A stretch of DNA of 64,000 nucleotides from an uncultured Candidatus Saccharibacteria bacterium. Its GTDB lineage: Bacteria; Patescibacteriota; Minisyncoccia; Phycocordibacterales; DATDWN01. The position numbers and the translations under genes are program-made. Where the stretch lies: positions 5,459 through 69,458 of the forward strand of contig CAYXWL010000002.1 in the NCBI GenBank assembly GCA_964468795.1, written 5' to 3'. Positions within the stretch are counted from its first letter, which is position 1. Each line of letters opens with the position of its first letter. The notes beneath the pieces were generated by a model. That model did no database searches. It saw only the letters and a list, made by a program, of their open reading frames with translations, and was not told where the DNA came from. Of the stretch, positions 47,942 through 58,719 are shown one piece after another.

Positions 47942-49135
47942 ATGAAATCAATCATAATGGTTGGCCTGACAGGAATTCTTACATTTACCGGACTGGGAGT
48001 AGGCCTTATACAAGACAAAAATCAATCAACAACGCCAGAAAAAGTATCAGTAAAATCAGTCAGTGACTTACCGGAAGGCGTAGTAAAAGAATACAAAGTA
48101 GAGAAGGGCGATACATTCGCTGAGGTTATGCTTGCACAAGGCGTATCTTATAATGACATTAATGCTATTCTCGATTCTGCAAAAAACGTATTTGATTTTA
48201 CTACTGTTGGTGCTGGTAAAGTTCTAAAATTTGTTTTTGTGAACAAAGCTTTTGCTGCAATGGAATACCCACTTAACAGTGATACTGTGGTTCACGTAAA
48301 AAAAGAAGGAGATGGATTTAAGGTGGCTGAAGAGGATATTCAGTACGACATAACTCAAGTTACTGCTCAGGGTACTATTACTGACTCACTATTTATGTCC
48401 GCAAAAGATGCGGGTGTGGATGATAAGGTTATTTTAAAAATGGCAGAAGCCTTTTCGTGGGATATAGACTTTGCAACTGATATTCAGTCCGGTGATAGCT
48501 TTAAGGTTGTTTATGAAAAACGGTCATTTGACGGTAAGCCAGCTGGAGCTGGAAAACTTCTAGCAGCTGAGTTTACGAATAAAGGGAAAACTCAGACTCT
48601 GTATCGTTACGAAGATGCTTTTTATGATGAGAGTGGTAAGTCTGTGATGAGACAGTTCTTACGTTCTCCACTTAGTTATTCATATATTAGTTCGGGGTAT
48701 GAGGGTTCTAGAGTTAACCCTGTTACTAGAAAAGTTGAGGCTCACTTTGCTATAGATTATGCAGCTCCGTTAGGAACACCAATCGTTGCTTCTGCTAAGG
48801 GTACTGTTTCTTATGCTACTTCAAAAGGTGGACTTGGTATTACAGTCGAAATTAAACATGGAGGTTCTTATCTTACTCAATACGCACATATGTCTAGAAT
48901 TGCTAAGGGTATAAAAAATGGTGTTGAAGTTAATCAGGGTGACATAATCGGATACGTAGGATCAACTGGTGTTTCTAGCGGTCCTCATCTTCAATATGCG
49001 ATGTATAAGGGAAATACAAAAGTAAATCCGCTCAATGAAGAGTCTTCTAGAGAAATATCTATCGAGGAAAAAGATCGAGCTGACTTTGAGGGTACAACAA
49101 ATAAACTTAAGTTGGTGCTGGGCGCTAAAAATTAA
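47942..49135 (+). CDS. M23 peptidoglycan endopeptidase (MepM-like)
   Basis: HFAIDYAA, YAH, GPHLQY; WDIDF domain. Confidence 0.9.
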   Translation: MKSIIMVGLTGILTFTGLGVGLIQDKNQSTTPEKVSVKSVSDLPEGVVKEYKVEKGDTFAEVMLAQGVSYNDINAILDSAKNVFDFTTVGAGKVLKFVFVNKAFAAMEYPLNSDTVVHVKKEGDGFKVAEEDIQYDITQVTAQGTITDSLFMSAKDAGVDDKVILKMAEAFSWDIDFATDIQSGDSFKVVYEKRSFDGKPAGAGKLLAAEFTNKGKTQTLYRYEDAFYDESGKSVMRQFLRSPLSYSYISSGYEGSRVNPVTRKVEAHFAIDYAAPLGTPIVASAKGTVSYATSKGGLGITVEIKHGGSYLTQYAHMSRIAKGIKNGVEVNQGDIIGYVGSTGVSSGPHLQYAMYKGNTKVNPLNEESSREISIEEKDRADFEGTTNKLKLVLGAKN

Positions 49136-49695
49136 TTAGGGCTACTTTTTGCAGGTGCTGGGTTGTCTGACTGATTTATCTGCTTGTCTACTTCACAGAT
49201 GCAAATGAATATAAACAGAATAAGAAAATTTCTACACGATGGCAAAGTGTGTTGCTCAAAATGCGATCAAAATTGAGTCAGTTCTCGACTATTTAAAAAA
49301 TCATCTATATCTCATCTCCTTCTTTTCGAGATCAATATCTGGATATTTGATCCACTACCTTCGAGTGTTGGTGTCGTATTAAATCATGGCTCTACAAAGT
49401 GGAAATTGTGTTTCCGGGTTCACGTTGGAATGCTCTTAAGGATATACTTTATGCAGATGTTATTACAAACAACAGTCTAACTTGATGCTACAACCAGTTA
49501 GACCAATCCTTTGGAACTATGTGAGGAAATCTCTCTAAAGGGGGTGTTTAGCCAAACAAATAATGATATATAAAAATAGAAAAGACAGTTAAAAAGATGA
49601 AGAGAAAGCCAATAAAATATATTTTGGCTGGGCTAGGTGTGTAACTTTCCTCATTCATAAATAAATCTTATCATTTATATGTTAAAATGTCTTAA

Positions 49696-50790
49696 ATGAA
49701 ATCTATCAAATTAGACATCCCTTTTCTTGTTTCAACAATTCTTCTATTTATAGTCGGTCTTCTTATCTTTTTCTCGGCTTCATTTGGTTTGCTTGCAAAA
49801 CAAAAGTTAAGTTACGGTGATATTGTTTTGAAACAACTAGTTATCGGAGGATGTATAGGAATGCTTGCTCTTCTTTTTACATCTCATTTTGATTATAGAA
49901 AATGGAGGAAATATGCTTTTTATCTCTTCCTTTTCGGGATTTTCTTAAACCTTATAGTTTTCATTCCTCAAATTGGCTATACCCACGGAGGAGCAACACG
50001 ATGGATATCTTTAGGGTCATTCACCTTTCAACCATCAGAGTTTTTAAGACTAGCTACTGTACTCTATTTTTCAGTCTGGCTAACTTCCGTAAAAAATAAA
50101 GTTAATACTTTTAATTACGGTTTTGTTCCTCTTTGTATAATCCTTGCAATTACAGAGGGGGTACTTCTTCTACAACACGATACTGATTTAGTTATTGCAG
50201 TTGCACTTATGGGAATGTTTATCGTTGCGGGAGGAAAAATTAAACATCTTTTACTTTTATTTTTCATACTTGCCATCAGTTTAACTGCTTTGGTTTATAC
50301 TCGCCCATATGTGAAAGACCGCCTGAATACATTTTTACATCCTGCAAGTAATCCTTTAGGTTCTGGTTACCAAATCCAACAATCATTGATTGCTATAGGT
50401 TCGGGAGGTTTTTCTGGGAGAGGTTTTGGTCAAAGTATCCAAAAGTTCAATGTATTACCTGAACCAATTGGAGACTCAATTTTTGCAGTAGCAGGAGAAG
50501 AGTTCGGGTTTATTGGAACTGTGAGTTTAATTTTACTATTTCTTGTTTTTGCAATGAGAGGACTAAAGATTGCTTCAAATAGCAAAGACTCGTTCGGTAC
50601 ACTACTTGGAACGGGAATTATCTTAATAATAATTGGGCAAGTCTTTACGAATATAGGAGCAATGGTAGGCATATTGCCTCTTACAGGAGTGCCACTTTTG
50701 TTCATAAGCCAAGGTGGAACTTCTCTCATTTTTGCTCTTGGAGCTACAGGAATTGTACTGAATATATCTAAACAACAGAAAATCAAATAG
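49696..50790 (+). CDS. ftsW: SEDS family peptidoglycan polymerase
   Basis: GATRWI, FQPSE, GYQIQQS, GEEFG, PLTGVPL. Confidence 0.85.
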   Translation: MKSIKLDIPFLVSTILLFIVGLLIFFSASFGLLAKQKLSYGDIVLKQLVIGGCIGMLALLFTSHFDYRKWRKYAFYLFLFGIFLNLIVFIPQIGYTHGGATRWISLGSFTFQPSEFLRLATVLYFSVWLTSVKNKVNTFNYGFVPLCIILAITEGVLLLQHDTDLVIAVALMGMFIVAGGKIKHLLLLFFILAISLTALVYTRPYVKDRLNTFLHPASNPLGSGYQIQQSLIAIGSGGFSGRGFGQSIQKFNVLPEPIGDSIFAVAGEEFGFIGTVSLILLFLVFAMRGLKIASNSKDSFGTLLGTGIILIIIGQVFTNIGAMVGILPLTGVPLLFISQGGTSLIFALGATGIVLNISKQQKIK

Positions 50791-50798
50791 TACTAAAA

Positions 50799-51284
50799 TC
50801 AATCACCAAACAAGTAACTCCTCATCATGCCATTGACTACACCACAAGTGCAGGAACTCCTGTTATTGCTACAGCAGATGGAAAAGTTACGCTGGCTGGA
50901 TCAAAAGGTGGACTTGGAATAACTGTAGAGTTAAAGCATGGAAGTTATCTCACTCAATATGCTCATCTTTCAAAAATTGCAAAGGATGTAAAGAATGGAG
51001 CCAGTATCTTGCAAGGAGACGTCATCGGATATGTGGGATCGACCGGCATCTCAACAGGACCTCATTTGCAGTATGTAATGTTTGAAAATGGAAATCCGAT
51101 AAATCCTCTTACCGCTGATTTTCCACGTGAGAATTCATTGTCTGATTCAGAAATCGACAATTTCACTACGACAAAAAAACAAACTCCAGGATATCTTGAA
51201 GTAAACAAAGTTTTACACATATCAAATTTGACTATATACCCCCCTAGGGGTATATTTGCTGTATATGAAATATATGGATATTAA
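50799..51284 (+). pseudogene. M23 peptidase C-terminal fragment
   Basis: PHHAIDY...YAH...GPHLQY in frame from ~50799 with no N-terminus; paralog of 47942-49135. Confidence 0.8.
51228..51255 (+). promoter_or_regulatory. CsoR-type operator overlapping the promoter
   Basis: TTGACT followed by ATATAC-CCCCC-TA-GGG-GTATAT, the C/G-tract pseudo-palindrome typical of CsoR operators. Confidence 0.8.
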
Positions 51285-51540
51285 AAATAAGGCAAAAGTT
51301 CTCCATCGACTCAAGTTGATTGAGGGACAAATAAGAGGTCTGCAAAAGATGGTCGAGAACGATACCTACTGTATTGATGTCATCACACAAACATCAGCAG
51401 TAAAGCAAGGGCTTTCTAATGTGGAAGATTTGCTTCTTGAAAACCATCTTGATCATTGTGTGCATCACCAAATGCATTCTGGTCAGACCAAAAAAGCTAA
51501 GGATGAGATTATAAAGGTTTATAAGTTGAAGCGAAAATAA
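51265..51540 (+). CDS. csoR: Copper-sensing repressor
   Basis: RLKLIEGQIRG...YC...HLDHC. Confidence 0.9.
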   Translation: MKYMDIKNKAKVLHRLKLIEGQIRGLQKMVENDTYCIDVITQTSAVKQGLSNVEDLLLENHLDHCVHHQMHSGQTKKAKDEIIKVYKLKRK

Positions 51541-51547
51541 TTTATAT

Positions 51548-53872
51548 ATGACTACAACAAATATATACAAAGTGAAAGGAATGCATTGTGCCTCATGTGC
51601 CAGTATTATTGAAAAGACGTTTAAGAAGACAGAAGGGGTGCATTCTGCAGAAGTAAACTATGGGACTGAGACAGCCAAGGTTGCCTTCGATGAATCTAAG
51701 ACAACTCCACATCATCTCTCTAAAAAAATAGAACCTCTGGGATATTCATTAGCTCTAAATCAAAAATCAGGTCATTCTCATAGTGCTCAATCTGCTGAAG
51801 AAATGGGAATGTCAGCAGATGAACATGCGGCACATTTAGGTCTAAACCAATCAAAAGAAGAGAAACTTGCTGAGGTTGCAGATATGAGGGTAAAAGTTCT
51901 TTCCGCTATTCCACTCTCAATTTTTGCAGCTTTCGTTATGGGTTGGGATATTTTGGCTCAATATAAAGCTGTGCCTGTAATGAGTTACACGCTTAAAGAA
52001 TTTTTTCATCACCTATTGCCGATTTTTGCCACATACACTCTTTTTGTTGTAGGTAAACCTTATCTAATGGGATTTTATAGATTTTTAAGATACGGAAAAG
52101 CCAATATGGATACATTGATAGGCATTGGAACAGTTGCTGCATTTTTATATAGTTTTGCAGTTACAGCTTTTGAGGAGGTACTTCGACCTTTTATTAATGT
52201 TGATTATCAATACTACGATGTAACGATTGTGGTTGTTACATTTATTGCACTTGGTAAATACCTTGAAGCTAGATCAAAAATAAAAACTGGTGATGCTATT
52301 GAAAAGCTTCTAAATCTTCAAGCAAAGACGGCTCTTGTTGTTCGCGATGGAAAAGAAGTAGAAATTGGAGTTGGCGAAGTCGAACATGGAGATTTAATAA
52401 TTGTAAAACCTGGTGCGAGAATTCCGGTAGATGGTGTGATAACCGAAGGATCCTCCTTTGTCGATGAGTCCATGGTTACAGGTGAGCCGATGCCAGCGCA
52501 GAAAAAGATTGGCGATAATGTTGTTTCAGGAACAATTAATACAAGTGGCTCATTTACATTCAAGGCGACCAAAGTTGGTTCAGAAACTCTATTGGCTCAA
52601 ATAATCAAGATGGTTGAAGATGCTCAAGGTAGTAGAGCACCAATCCAAGCTCTAGCAGATAAGATTTCGGCCATTTTTGTTCCGATTACTCTCGTCATTG
52701 CCTTTCTCACGCTCGGAGTATGGTTACTTATCGGCACTAACTCACTAGGTTTTTCACAAGCACTATCTTTCGGTCTAGTTTCTTTTGTGGGAGTTCTCGT
52801 CATCGCGTGTCCGTGTGCTTTAGGACTCGCTACACCTACAGCGATTATTGTTGGAGTTGGCAAGGGGGCAAAAGAAGGAATTTTAATAAAAGATGCAGCA
52901 ACACTAGAGAAGTTACATAAAGTAGATACTGTCATTGTAGACAAAACAGGGACAATAACTATTGGCAAACCAACTCTTGTAGATATTGAAAATATGTCCG
53001 ATCTTAATAATGAGCAGTTTGTATCAATTATTGCTTCACTTGAGAAAAAATCTGAACATCCTATTGCTCATGCGGTAGTGAATTATGCTCATGAAAAGAA
53101 TCTAAATATTGAGGATGTTTCAGACTTTGAAGGTATTCAAGGTAAGGGGTTAAAAGGAAGAATTAAAGAAACAGAATACTTTGTTGGAAATGTAAAACTT
53201 ATTTCTGATTTAGGGATATCATTTGATACATCAAAAATTGAGCAGTTTACTCTACAAGGTAAAACTCCTGTTATTCTTTCTACCAGTGAAAAGATTTTGG
53301 GATTTGTGATGGTTGCTGATGAAATTAAGAACGAATCAAAACAAGCTGTAGCCGATCTTCATAAGCTTGGAATTAAAGTCGTAATGCTTACTGGTGATGA
53401 TGAAAAAGCCGCAAAATATATTGCTTCACTAGTCGGAATTGATGAGGTGATCGCACATGTATTGCCACAAGATAAATTAGCAAAAATACAAGAGTTACAG
53501 ACTCGAGGGAAAATTGTAGCTATGGCTGGAGATGGTGTGAATGATGCTCCAGCATTAGCACAAGCAGATGTGGGTATTGCTATGGGTACAGGTACTGATG
53601 TTGCAATAGAATCTGCAGGAATTACCCTTCTTGGTGGAGATATCTCTAAGTTGGTAAAGGCCATTAAGTTATCGAAAATAACAATGAGAGGTATTAAGCA
53701 GAACCTATTTTGGGCATTTATCTACAACGTTATTGGTATTCCACTTGCTACTGGTATTTTTTATCCAGTTTTTGGTTGGCTTCTTAATCCTGTGTTTGCT
53801 GGTTTTGCTATGGCAATGTCATCTGTATCAGTAGTATCAAATTCTCTTCGAATCAAAGCGAAAAAAATATGA
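51548..53872 (+). CDS. copA: Cu(I)-translocating P1B-1 ATPase
   Basis: GMHCASC, TGE, CPC, DKTGT, SEHP, YN...MAMSS. Confidence 0.95.
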   Translation: MTTTNIYKVKGMHCASCASIIEKTFKKTEGVHSAEVNYGTETAKVAFDESKTTPHHLSKKIEPLGYSLALNQKSGHSHSAQSAEEMGMSADEHAAHLGLNQSKEEKLAEVADMRVKVLSAIPLSIFAAFVMGWDILAQYKAVPVMSYTLKEFFHHLLPIFATYTLFVVGKPYLMGFYRFLRYGKANMDTLIGIGTVAAFLYSFAVTAFEEVLRPFINVDYQYYDVTIVVVTFIALGKYLEARSKIKTGDAIEKLLNLQAKTALVVRDGKEVEIGVGEVEHGDLIIVKPGARIPVDGVITEGSSFVDESMVTGEPMPAQKKIGDNVVSGTINTSGSFTFKATKVGSETLLAQIIKMVEDAQGSRAPIQALADKISAIFVPITLVIAFLTLGVWLLIGTNSLGFSQALSFGLVSFVGVLVIACPCALGLATPTAIIVGVGKGAKEGILIKDAATLEKLHKVDTVIVDKTGTITIGKPTLVDIENMSDLNNEQFVSIIASLEKKSEHPIAHAVVNYAHEKNLNIEDVSDFEGIQGKGLKGRIKETEYFVGNVKLISDLGISFDTSKIEQFTLQGKTPVILSTSEKILGFVMVADEIKNESKQAVADLHKLGIKVVMLTGDDEKAAKYIASLVGIDEVIAHVLPQDKLAKIQELQTRGKIVAMAGDGVNDAPALAQADVGIAMGTGTDVAIESAGITLLGGDISKLVKAIKLSKITMRGIKQNLFWAFIYNVIGIPLATGIFYPVFGWLLNPVFAGFAMAMSSVSVVSNSLRIKAKKI

Positions 53873-54489
53873 TAAAAAAATTATTTACAATTTTTGTTCT
53901 ACTTAGCTTCTTATCAATAGGGATTTTCAGTCTTAATTCTATTGGTCATGGAGTCGAACATACTTCAGGATGTATATTTTCTGTAGCAGATAGTACTCCA
54001 TGTCCAGAAAATATAATTGCTATGGCAATGTACCACTTACAAGCATATGTGTCATTTATGAATGTATTACCGCCAACTCAATTCTTATCAATAATGTTGC
54101 TTTTGTGTATTGCGGTATTAAGCACGTTATTTTATTTGAATAAATTAATAAAACTAATTTTAGTAAGTCGGGGTTTGAGGGTAAGAAGTCTGAATCCTGA
54201 GCTTGCTTTAATTCATCCCCAAAAAATTACTAAGTGGCTTTCTTTATTTGAGAATTCTCCGTCGTTGCACAAGATTTCTATTATTACTTCTAATTATATA
54301 AATCTATGCAAATACAAAATCTTAAGAAAAATACAAAATATAAGTATCTTGATCCAAGAGTCGTTATCGATCTTGTTTGTGGAATGGAACTCAATTCAGA
54401 CAAAATTAAAGCAAGTAAAGAATATAAAGGTAAAACATACTACTTTTGTGCTACTCACTGTAAGAAACACTTTACAGCTGACCCCGTGA
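53869..54489 (+). CDS. Hypothetical membrane protein (C-terminus probably read-through)
   Basis: Signal/TM and His/Cys segment; overlaps the YHS gene in another frame after ~54300. Confidence 0.5.
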   Translation: MIKKLFTIFVLLSFLSIGIFSLNSIGHGVEHTSGCIFSVADSTPCPENIIAMAMYHLQAYVSFMNVLPPTQFLSIMLLLCIAVLSTLFYLNKLIKLILVSRGLRVRSLNPELALIHPQKITKWLSLFENSPSLHKISIITSNYINLCKYKILRKIQNISILIQESLSILFVEWNSIQTKLKQVKNIKVKHTTFVLLTVRNTLQLTP

Positions 54490-54506
54490 AGTATGTTGGA
54501 GAATAA
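54306..54506 (+). CDS. YHS domain protein
   Basis: DLVCGM...YYFCATHC...F..DP. Confidence 0.88.
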   Translation: MQIQNLKKNTKYKYLDPRVVIDLVCGMELNSDKIKASKEYKGKTYYFCATHCKKHFTADPVKYVGE

Positions 54507-54528
54507 TTAATAAACTAACTACACAAAT

Positions 54529-55173
54529 ATGAACAATAACCAGAACAACAAAATATTGTTTGGAATAGGAGGGATCGTTATAGGCATCATTCTTGCGGGA
54601 GTGTTTTATCCGATGATGCGTTACGGTGGTTATGGAATGATGAATTGGAGAAACAATTCAATCTCAGACCAAAGAGTAAATGGGAATACCCAGATTAGTA
54701 CTACTATCGACAAACATTTCATTGAGCAAATGATTCCTCATCATGAAGGAGCAATTGCTATGGCAAACTTAGCGTTTCAAAAAGCTAAGCGTCCAGAGAT
54801 TAAAACTTTGGCAACAGCAATTATTTCAGCTCAGACAACAGAGATTCAAAGTATGAATGTCTGGTATAAGGACTGGTTTGGAGTTACTGCTCCGAAAGTA
54901 AGTACGGGAATGATGAGTGGAGGCATGATGTCGCAAGGCGGGATGCATATGGGAGGACAAGAGGATATGACTGCATTAGAAAATGCATCTGATTTCGACA
55001 AGGCATTTATAGAAGAAATGATTCCACATCATCAATTAGCAATTATGATGGCGAATATGCTTCAATCAGGAACAAATCGTCCTGAAATGCAACAGCTTGC
55101 AAAGAACATTATTTCCTCACAATCAAAGGAGATACAACAAATGCAAGCTTGGTATGTGCAGTGGTATAAGTAA
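54529..55173 (+). CDS. DUF305 (CopM-like) copper-binding protein
   Basis: Two MIPHH motifs and Met-rich linker. Confidence 0.9.
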   Translation: MNNNQNNKILFGIGGIVIGIILAGVFYPMMRYGGYGMMNWRNNSISDQRVNGNTQISTTIDKHFIEQMIPHHEGAIAMANLAFQKAKRPEIKTLATAIISAQTTEIQSMNVWYKDWFGVTAPKVSTGMMSGGMMSQGGMHMGGQEDMTALENASDFDKAFIEEMIPHHQLAIMMANMLQSGTNRPEMQQLAKNIISSQSKEIQQMQAWYVQWYK

Positions 55174-55200
55174 ATTTATTAAAATAATAATATAAATAAT

Positions 55201-55422
55201 ATGAAAAAATCATCATTTATACATGCAGTTTCAATTGTAACAGCTATATGGGGAGCATTAGCTCTTATTGGTGCGTGGCTTGCGGGAGTTGATGGAACTA
55301 TATGGGGTTTTACCTATCAGCATTGCATCAATGACGCAATTATTCTAATGCTCATTTCAATTTCAGCTGGTATATGTGCAATGTACCGTTATCAGTTAGA
55401 GAAAGATAATATCTCAAAATAA
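55201..55422 (+). CDS. Small 2-TM protein
   Basis: Hydrophobic, in operon. Confidence 0.6.
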   Translation: MKKSSFIHAVSIVTAIWGALALIGAWLAGVDGTIWGFTYQHCINDAIILMLISISAGICAMYRYQLEKDNISK

Positions 55423-55423
55423 A

Positions 55424-55615
55424 ATGGAAGAAAATTCACAAAATACTTTCTCAAAAAGGACGTGGACTATAATTTTGGTCATAGGACTTATAGGATTAGT
55501 CCTACTTTTGAGAAATCACACATCACATTTACTCATAGCTTTGCCTTACATTGTTTTATTGGCATGTCCACTTATGCATATTTTTATGCATGGAGGACAT
55601 GAACATGGTAAGTAA
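55424..55615 (+). CDS. DUF2933 protein
   Basis: LLACPLMHIFMHGGH. Confidence 0.9.
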   Translation: MEENSQNTFSKRTWTIILVIGLIGLVLLLRNHTSHLLIALPYIVLLACPLMHIFMHGGHEHGK

Positions 55616-55633
55616 AATAATCTCGTAAATATT

Positions 55634-56653
55634 ATGACAACTCAAACACAGAAGTATACCTTTCATGTGTCTGGCACTCACTGTCCATCATGTAAAATCT
55701 TCATCGAGGATACTCTAAATGAACAGATTGGTATCCAGCAAACATATGTTGACTTAAAACATGAGACTGTTTCAGTTGAGACTATTCTTGATGAGAACAA
55801 GCACAGACTCGCAGAAATATTAACTGAGAAAATAAGACATAATGGCTATTTTCTATCTGTCGACAAGAGAACTAAAGAGAAAAAAGATAATGGGATTATC
55901 TGGCAGGCATTACCCATTGGACTTGTATTTCTTGCTCTGTTCTTTATTATCCAAAAATCAGGAATACTGAATTTTGGATTAGGTGGGACGGTAACTCCAG
56001 TAACCAGTTTCATTATTGGTTTAATCGCATCAGTTTCTAGCTGTCTTGCAGTAGTTGGAGGACTTGTTCTTTCTCTCTCTGCAACAGTATCTCAAGATAA
56101 AATTAGTGATGTAAAACCGATGATGCTTTTCCATGGGGGGCGTCTTATCAGTTTTGCTGTGCTTGGGGGTGTGCTTGGTTCGATTGGCAGTGCAATAGGT
56201 ATAAGTTTTACAGTCACGGCAATACTTGGGATCATAGCATCAGTTGTGATGATAGTGCTAGGGCTTAATTTGGTGGGAGTATTTGATAAAAATATGATCT
56301 CTCTACCCTCAGGAGTTTTCAACTTCTTCCGCAGAGTAGAGCATAAGACGATAGCTCCATTCTTAGTGGGTGTCGGTACATTTTTCTTGCCTTGTGGTTT
56401 CACTCAAGCAATGCAAGTAGCGTCACTTTCAAGCGGTTCGTTTATTTCTGGACTCTTGATCATGGGAGCATTTGCCCTTGGAACGTTTCCAATGCTTGCA
56501 TTGTTATCATTTGGTTCAGCATCCTTCTCACAATCAAGACATGCTCCACTCTTCTTCAAATCAGCAGGTATTTTGGTGATTGGCCTCGGAGTCTTCGCAC
56601 TTCTGGCAGGACTTGCTGGTCTGGGTATTATTGAACCATTATTTAATATATAA
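55634..56653 (+). CDS. HMA + DsbD_2/TauE-like membrane protein
   Basis: GTHCPSC; SSCLAVVGG, FLPCGFTQ. Confidence 0.85.
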   Translation: MTTQTQKYTFHVSGTHCPSCKIFIEDTLNEQIGIQQTYVDLKHETVSVETILDENKHRLAEILTEKIRHNGYFLSVDKRTKEKKDNGIIWQALPIGLVFLALFFIIQKSGILNFGLGGTVTPVTSFIIGLIASVSSCLAVVGGLVLSLSATVSQDKISDVKPMMLFHGGRLISFAVLGGVLGSIGSAIGISFTVTAILGIIASVVMIVLGLNLVGVFDKNMISLPSGVFNFFRRVEHKTIAPFLVGVGTFFLPCGFTQAMQVASLSSGSFISGLLIMGAFALGTFPMLALLSFGSASFSQSRHAPLFFKSAGILVIGLGVFALLAGLAGLGIIEPLFNI

Positions 56654-56669
56654 TTTTACAAATCAATCT

Positions 56670-57071
56670 ATGCAAAAAAATACAATCATATCTATTATCA
56701 TCAGCATTTCTCTCATCGGGGCCACACTTTATTTCATTTCTGACAAATCTGCTCCGACAGACACAAACGAATTTGCACAGTCACAAAATGTTGAAATAAG
56801 AGACGGCGTGCAGTATGTGACTGTAACTGCAAAGGGTGGTTACTCTCCTCGCATTACGCAAATAAAGGGTGGTATTCCGACAAAACTAGTAGTGAAGACT
56901 GATGGTACATATGATTGTACAGCTTCTCTCACTATTCGATCAGTTGGATTTCAAAAGGTATTACAGCCAACAGGAGAGGAAACCATTGATTTAGGCACTC
57001 CAAAATCAGGCGAAAAAGTACAAGGGGTATGCGGTATGGGGATGTATAATTTTCAGATTAAAGTAAGTTAG
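56670..57071 (+). CDS. Cupredoxin-domain protein
   Basis: GGYSP...C...CGMGMY. Confidence 0.85.
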   Translation: MQKNTIISIIISISLIGATLYFISDKSAPTDTNEFAQSQNVEIRDGVQYVTVTAKGGYSPRITQIKGGIPTKLVVKTDGTYDCTASLTIRSVGFQKVLQPTGEETIDLGTPKSGEKVQGVCGMGMYNFQIKVS

Positions 57072-58394
57072 TTATTCGAGCGTTATCTTTTTATCCTTTA
57101 ATGTAATCTTATTCCTCAAACACCCCAACAACTCTCTCTTCTCTCCATCAGTTCCATTTCTTAGGATGTATTTACAATAGTTACGGATATCAATATCACC
57201 AACTTCAATCTTGTCTTTTGAATTGAGTACTATCTGATTAAACTTTTTAAATCTCTGTACTTCGTTTTTGATTTTCTCCTTTATTCCTATCTCATCTATA
57301 TTGATTGTCTCCATCAATTCTTCAAATTGTTTAATCAAATCTATTTCGTTAATATATCCACCTTTGCAATTCCTATCTTTGGATCCATTACAGCCATAAT
57401 ATACATGTCTATTAATACTCCCATCTTTTAATTTTTTGAATTTCTCATCTGGAGTAATACCAGAAGAACATAGTCCACAAATCATCAACTTAGTAAAAGC
57501 AAATTCTTTGTTCTCAGTCCGTATTACAGATCTCTTCATCTGTTCCTGTACTTGATCAAATAATTCTTTAGTAATAAGTGCTTCATGTTTCCCTCTATAC
57601 CAATTACCCGAATCTTTAGGATATTCAAAAGTTCCATAGTAGAAGTGATTTTGTAGGATCATATACACATTACTCAAAGTTAAGTTTTTGTTTCCACTTG
57701 CTGTCTTAAGATTTAAATCAAATTTAAGCCAGTTGTATAGTTTTCTCCCACTCCACTTTTCATATGCTACTTTTTCAAACATTTTCCTAATAATAGGTGC
57801 TCTCTGTTTGTCGGTATATATCACTCCTTTCTCTCCAACATTTTTACTGTTCAAGTACCCAGTCGGAGCGACAGACGGCCATAATCCCATCTCAACTCTA
57901 GTTTTCAATCCACGTTTTACGTTTATACTTTTGTTGTCATTTTCTAACTTGGCTTGGCTACAAAGTATCATTAGTAAAAACTTCTCGTTAGGTGAATTAT
58001 GAAAATGTTGTCCGTATGTACGAATTTCAAGTAATTGTTTCTCATCCATCAAGTCTACTAGTGATCCTAAGTCTCCCGCATTCCTGCTCAATCTATCAGG
58101 AGCCCACGTCAGTATTCCATTAAATCTTTTTCTTCTAATATCTTCCAGTAGTTCCTTAAACACAGGTCTTTGACCTGAATCCTTAGCGGAGTGAGATTCT
58201 CGACGAATATCAATTATTTCTAAATTTTCTCTTTCAGCGATATTAAGCATTTCCTTTACCTGGCTATCAATACTTAGTGCTTGCTTCTCATCTGATTCAG
58301 TTGATTTTCTAGCATACAAACAATATTTAATTTTAATTGTTGGTAAGATTATTTCTTTTCCTATTAGTCCTGTCGATTGTATATGTATTTCCAT
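57072..58394 (-). CDS. Large serine recombinase (intact)
   Basis: YARKST catalytic Ser, DRLSRN, recombinase domain, CGLC...YYGC...C zinc ribbon. Confidence 0.93.
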   Translation of the reverse strand: MEIHIQSTGLIGKEIILPTIKIKYCLYARKSTESDEKQALSIDSQVKEMLNIAERENLEIIDIRRESHSAKDSGQRPVFKELLEDIRRKRFNGILTWAPDRLSRNAGDLGSLVDLMDEKQLLEIRTYGQHFHNSPNEKFLLMILCSQAKLENDNKSINVKRGLKTRVEMGLWPSVAPTGYLNSKNVGEKGVIYTDKQRAPIIRKMFEKVAYEKWSGRKLYNWLKFDLNLKTASGNKNLTLSNVYMILQNHFYYGTFEYPKDSGNWYRGKHEALITKELFDQVQEQMKRSVIRTENKEFAFTKLMICGLCSSGITPDEKFKKLKDGSINRHVYYGCNGSKDRNCKGGYINEIDLIKQFEELMETINIDEIGIKEKIKNEVQRFKKFNQIVLNSKDKIEVGDIDIRNYCKYILRNGTDGEKRELLGCLRNKITLKDKKITLE

Positions 58395-58544
58395 ATATAT
58401 ATTAATGACAGAACCAACAACTCTGCATAGCTATGCAAAACTACCGATTCGTCGCATACTCGCATTAGGTCTTAGCAAAATAACTAACCTGCGATACGAT
58501 TGGAATTAGAGAACAAAATAGAGTATCATGTTCTTAACAATTTA

Positions 58545-58719
58545 ATAGATAGCCTAACCCCTTGTATTCCAAGGATATGGCTAAAATCCGTTCAAAGTAG
58601 AAAGCTCTTCGTCAGAGCACTTTGAACGGTCCCTCTGGGAAACTGGAGGTGGGTGTCGCAAGACATCGCTGGCGGAGAGCTTTGTGCTATCTGCTAATTA
58701 ACAAAACCGTTCAAAGATT
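58545..58719 (+). ncRNA. C4/CI-like antisense RNA architecture
   Basis: 15-bp closing stem with G-U pairs, two GNRA hairpins, internal ACTTTGAACGGT complementary to flanking copies at 58588 and 58706. Confidence 0.55.

Noticed and set aside
49136-49695. Gene between M23 and ftsW
   Set aside because: Only short frames (a ~55-aa hydrophobic minus-strand ORF); no recognisable family
53869-54489. True overlapping genes with YHS
   Set aside because: The tail after ...WLSLFENSPS looks like off-frame read-through from a lost stop
58424-58437. LexA operator (tgcatagctatgca palindrome upstream of the recombinase)
   Set aside because: Only one weak similar site (~62799) and none convincing in the repressor's divergent promoter region
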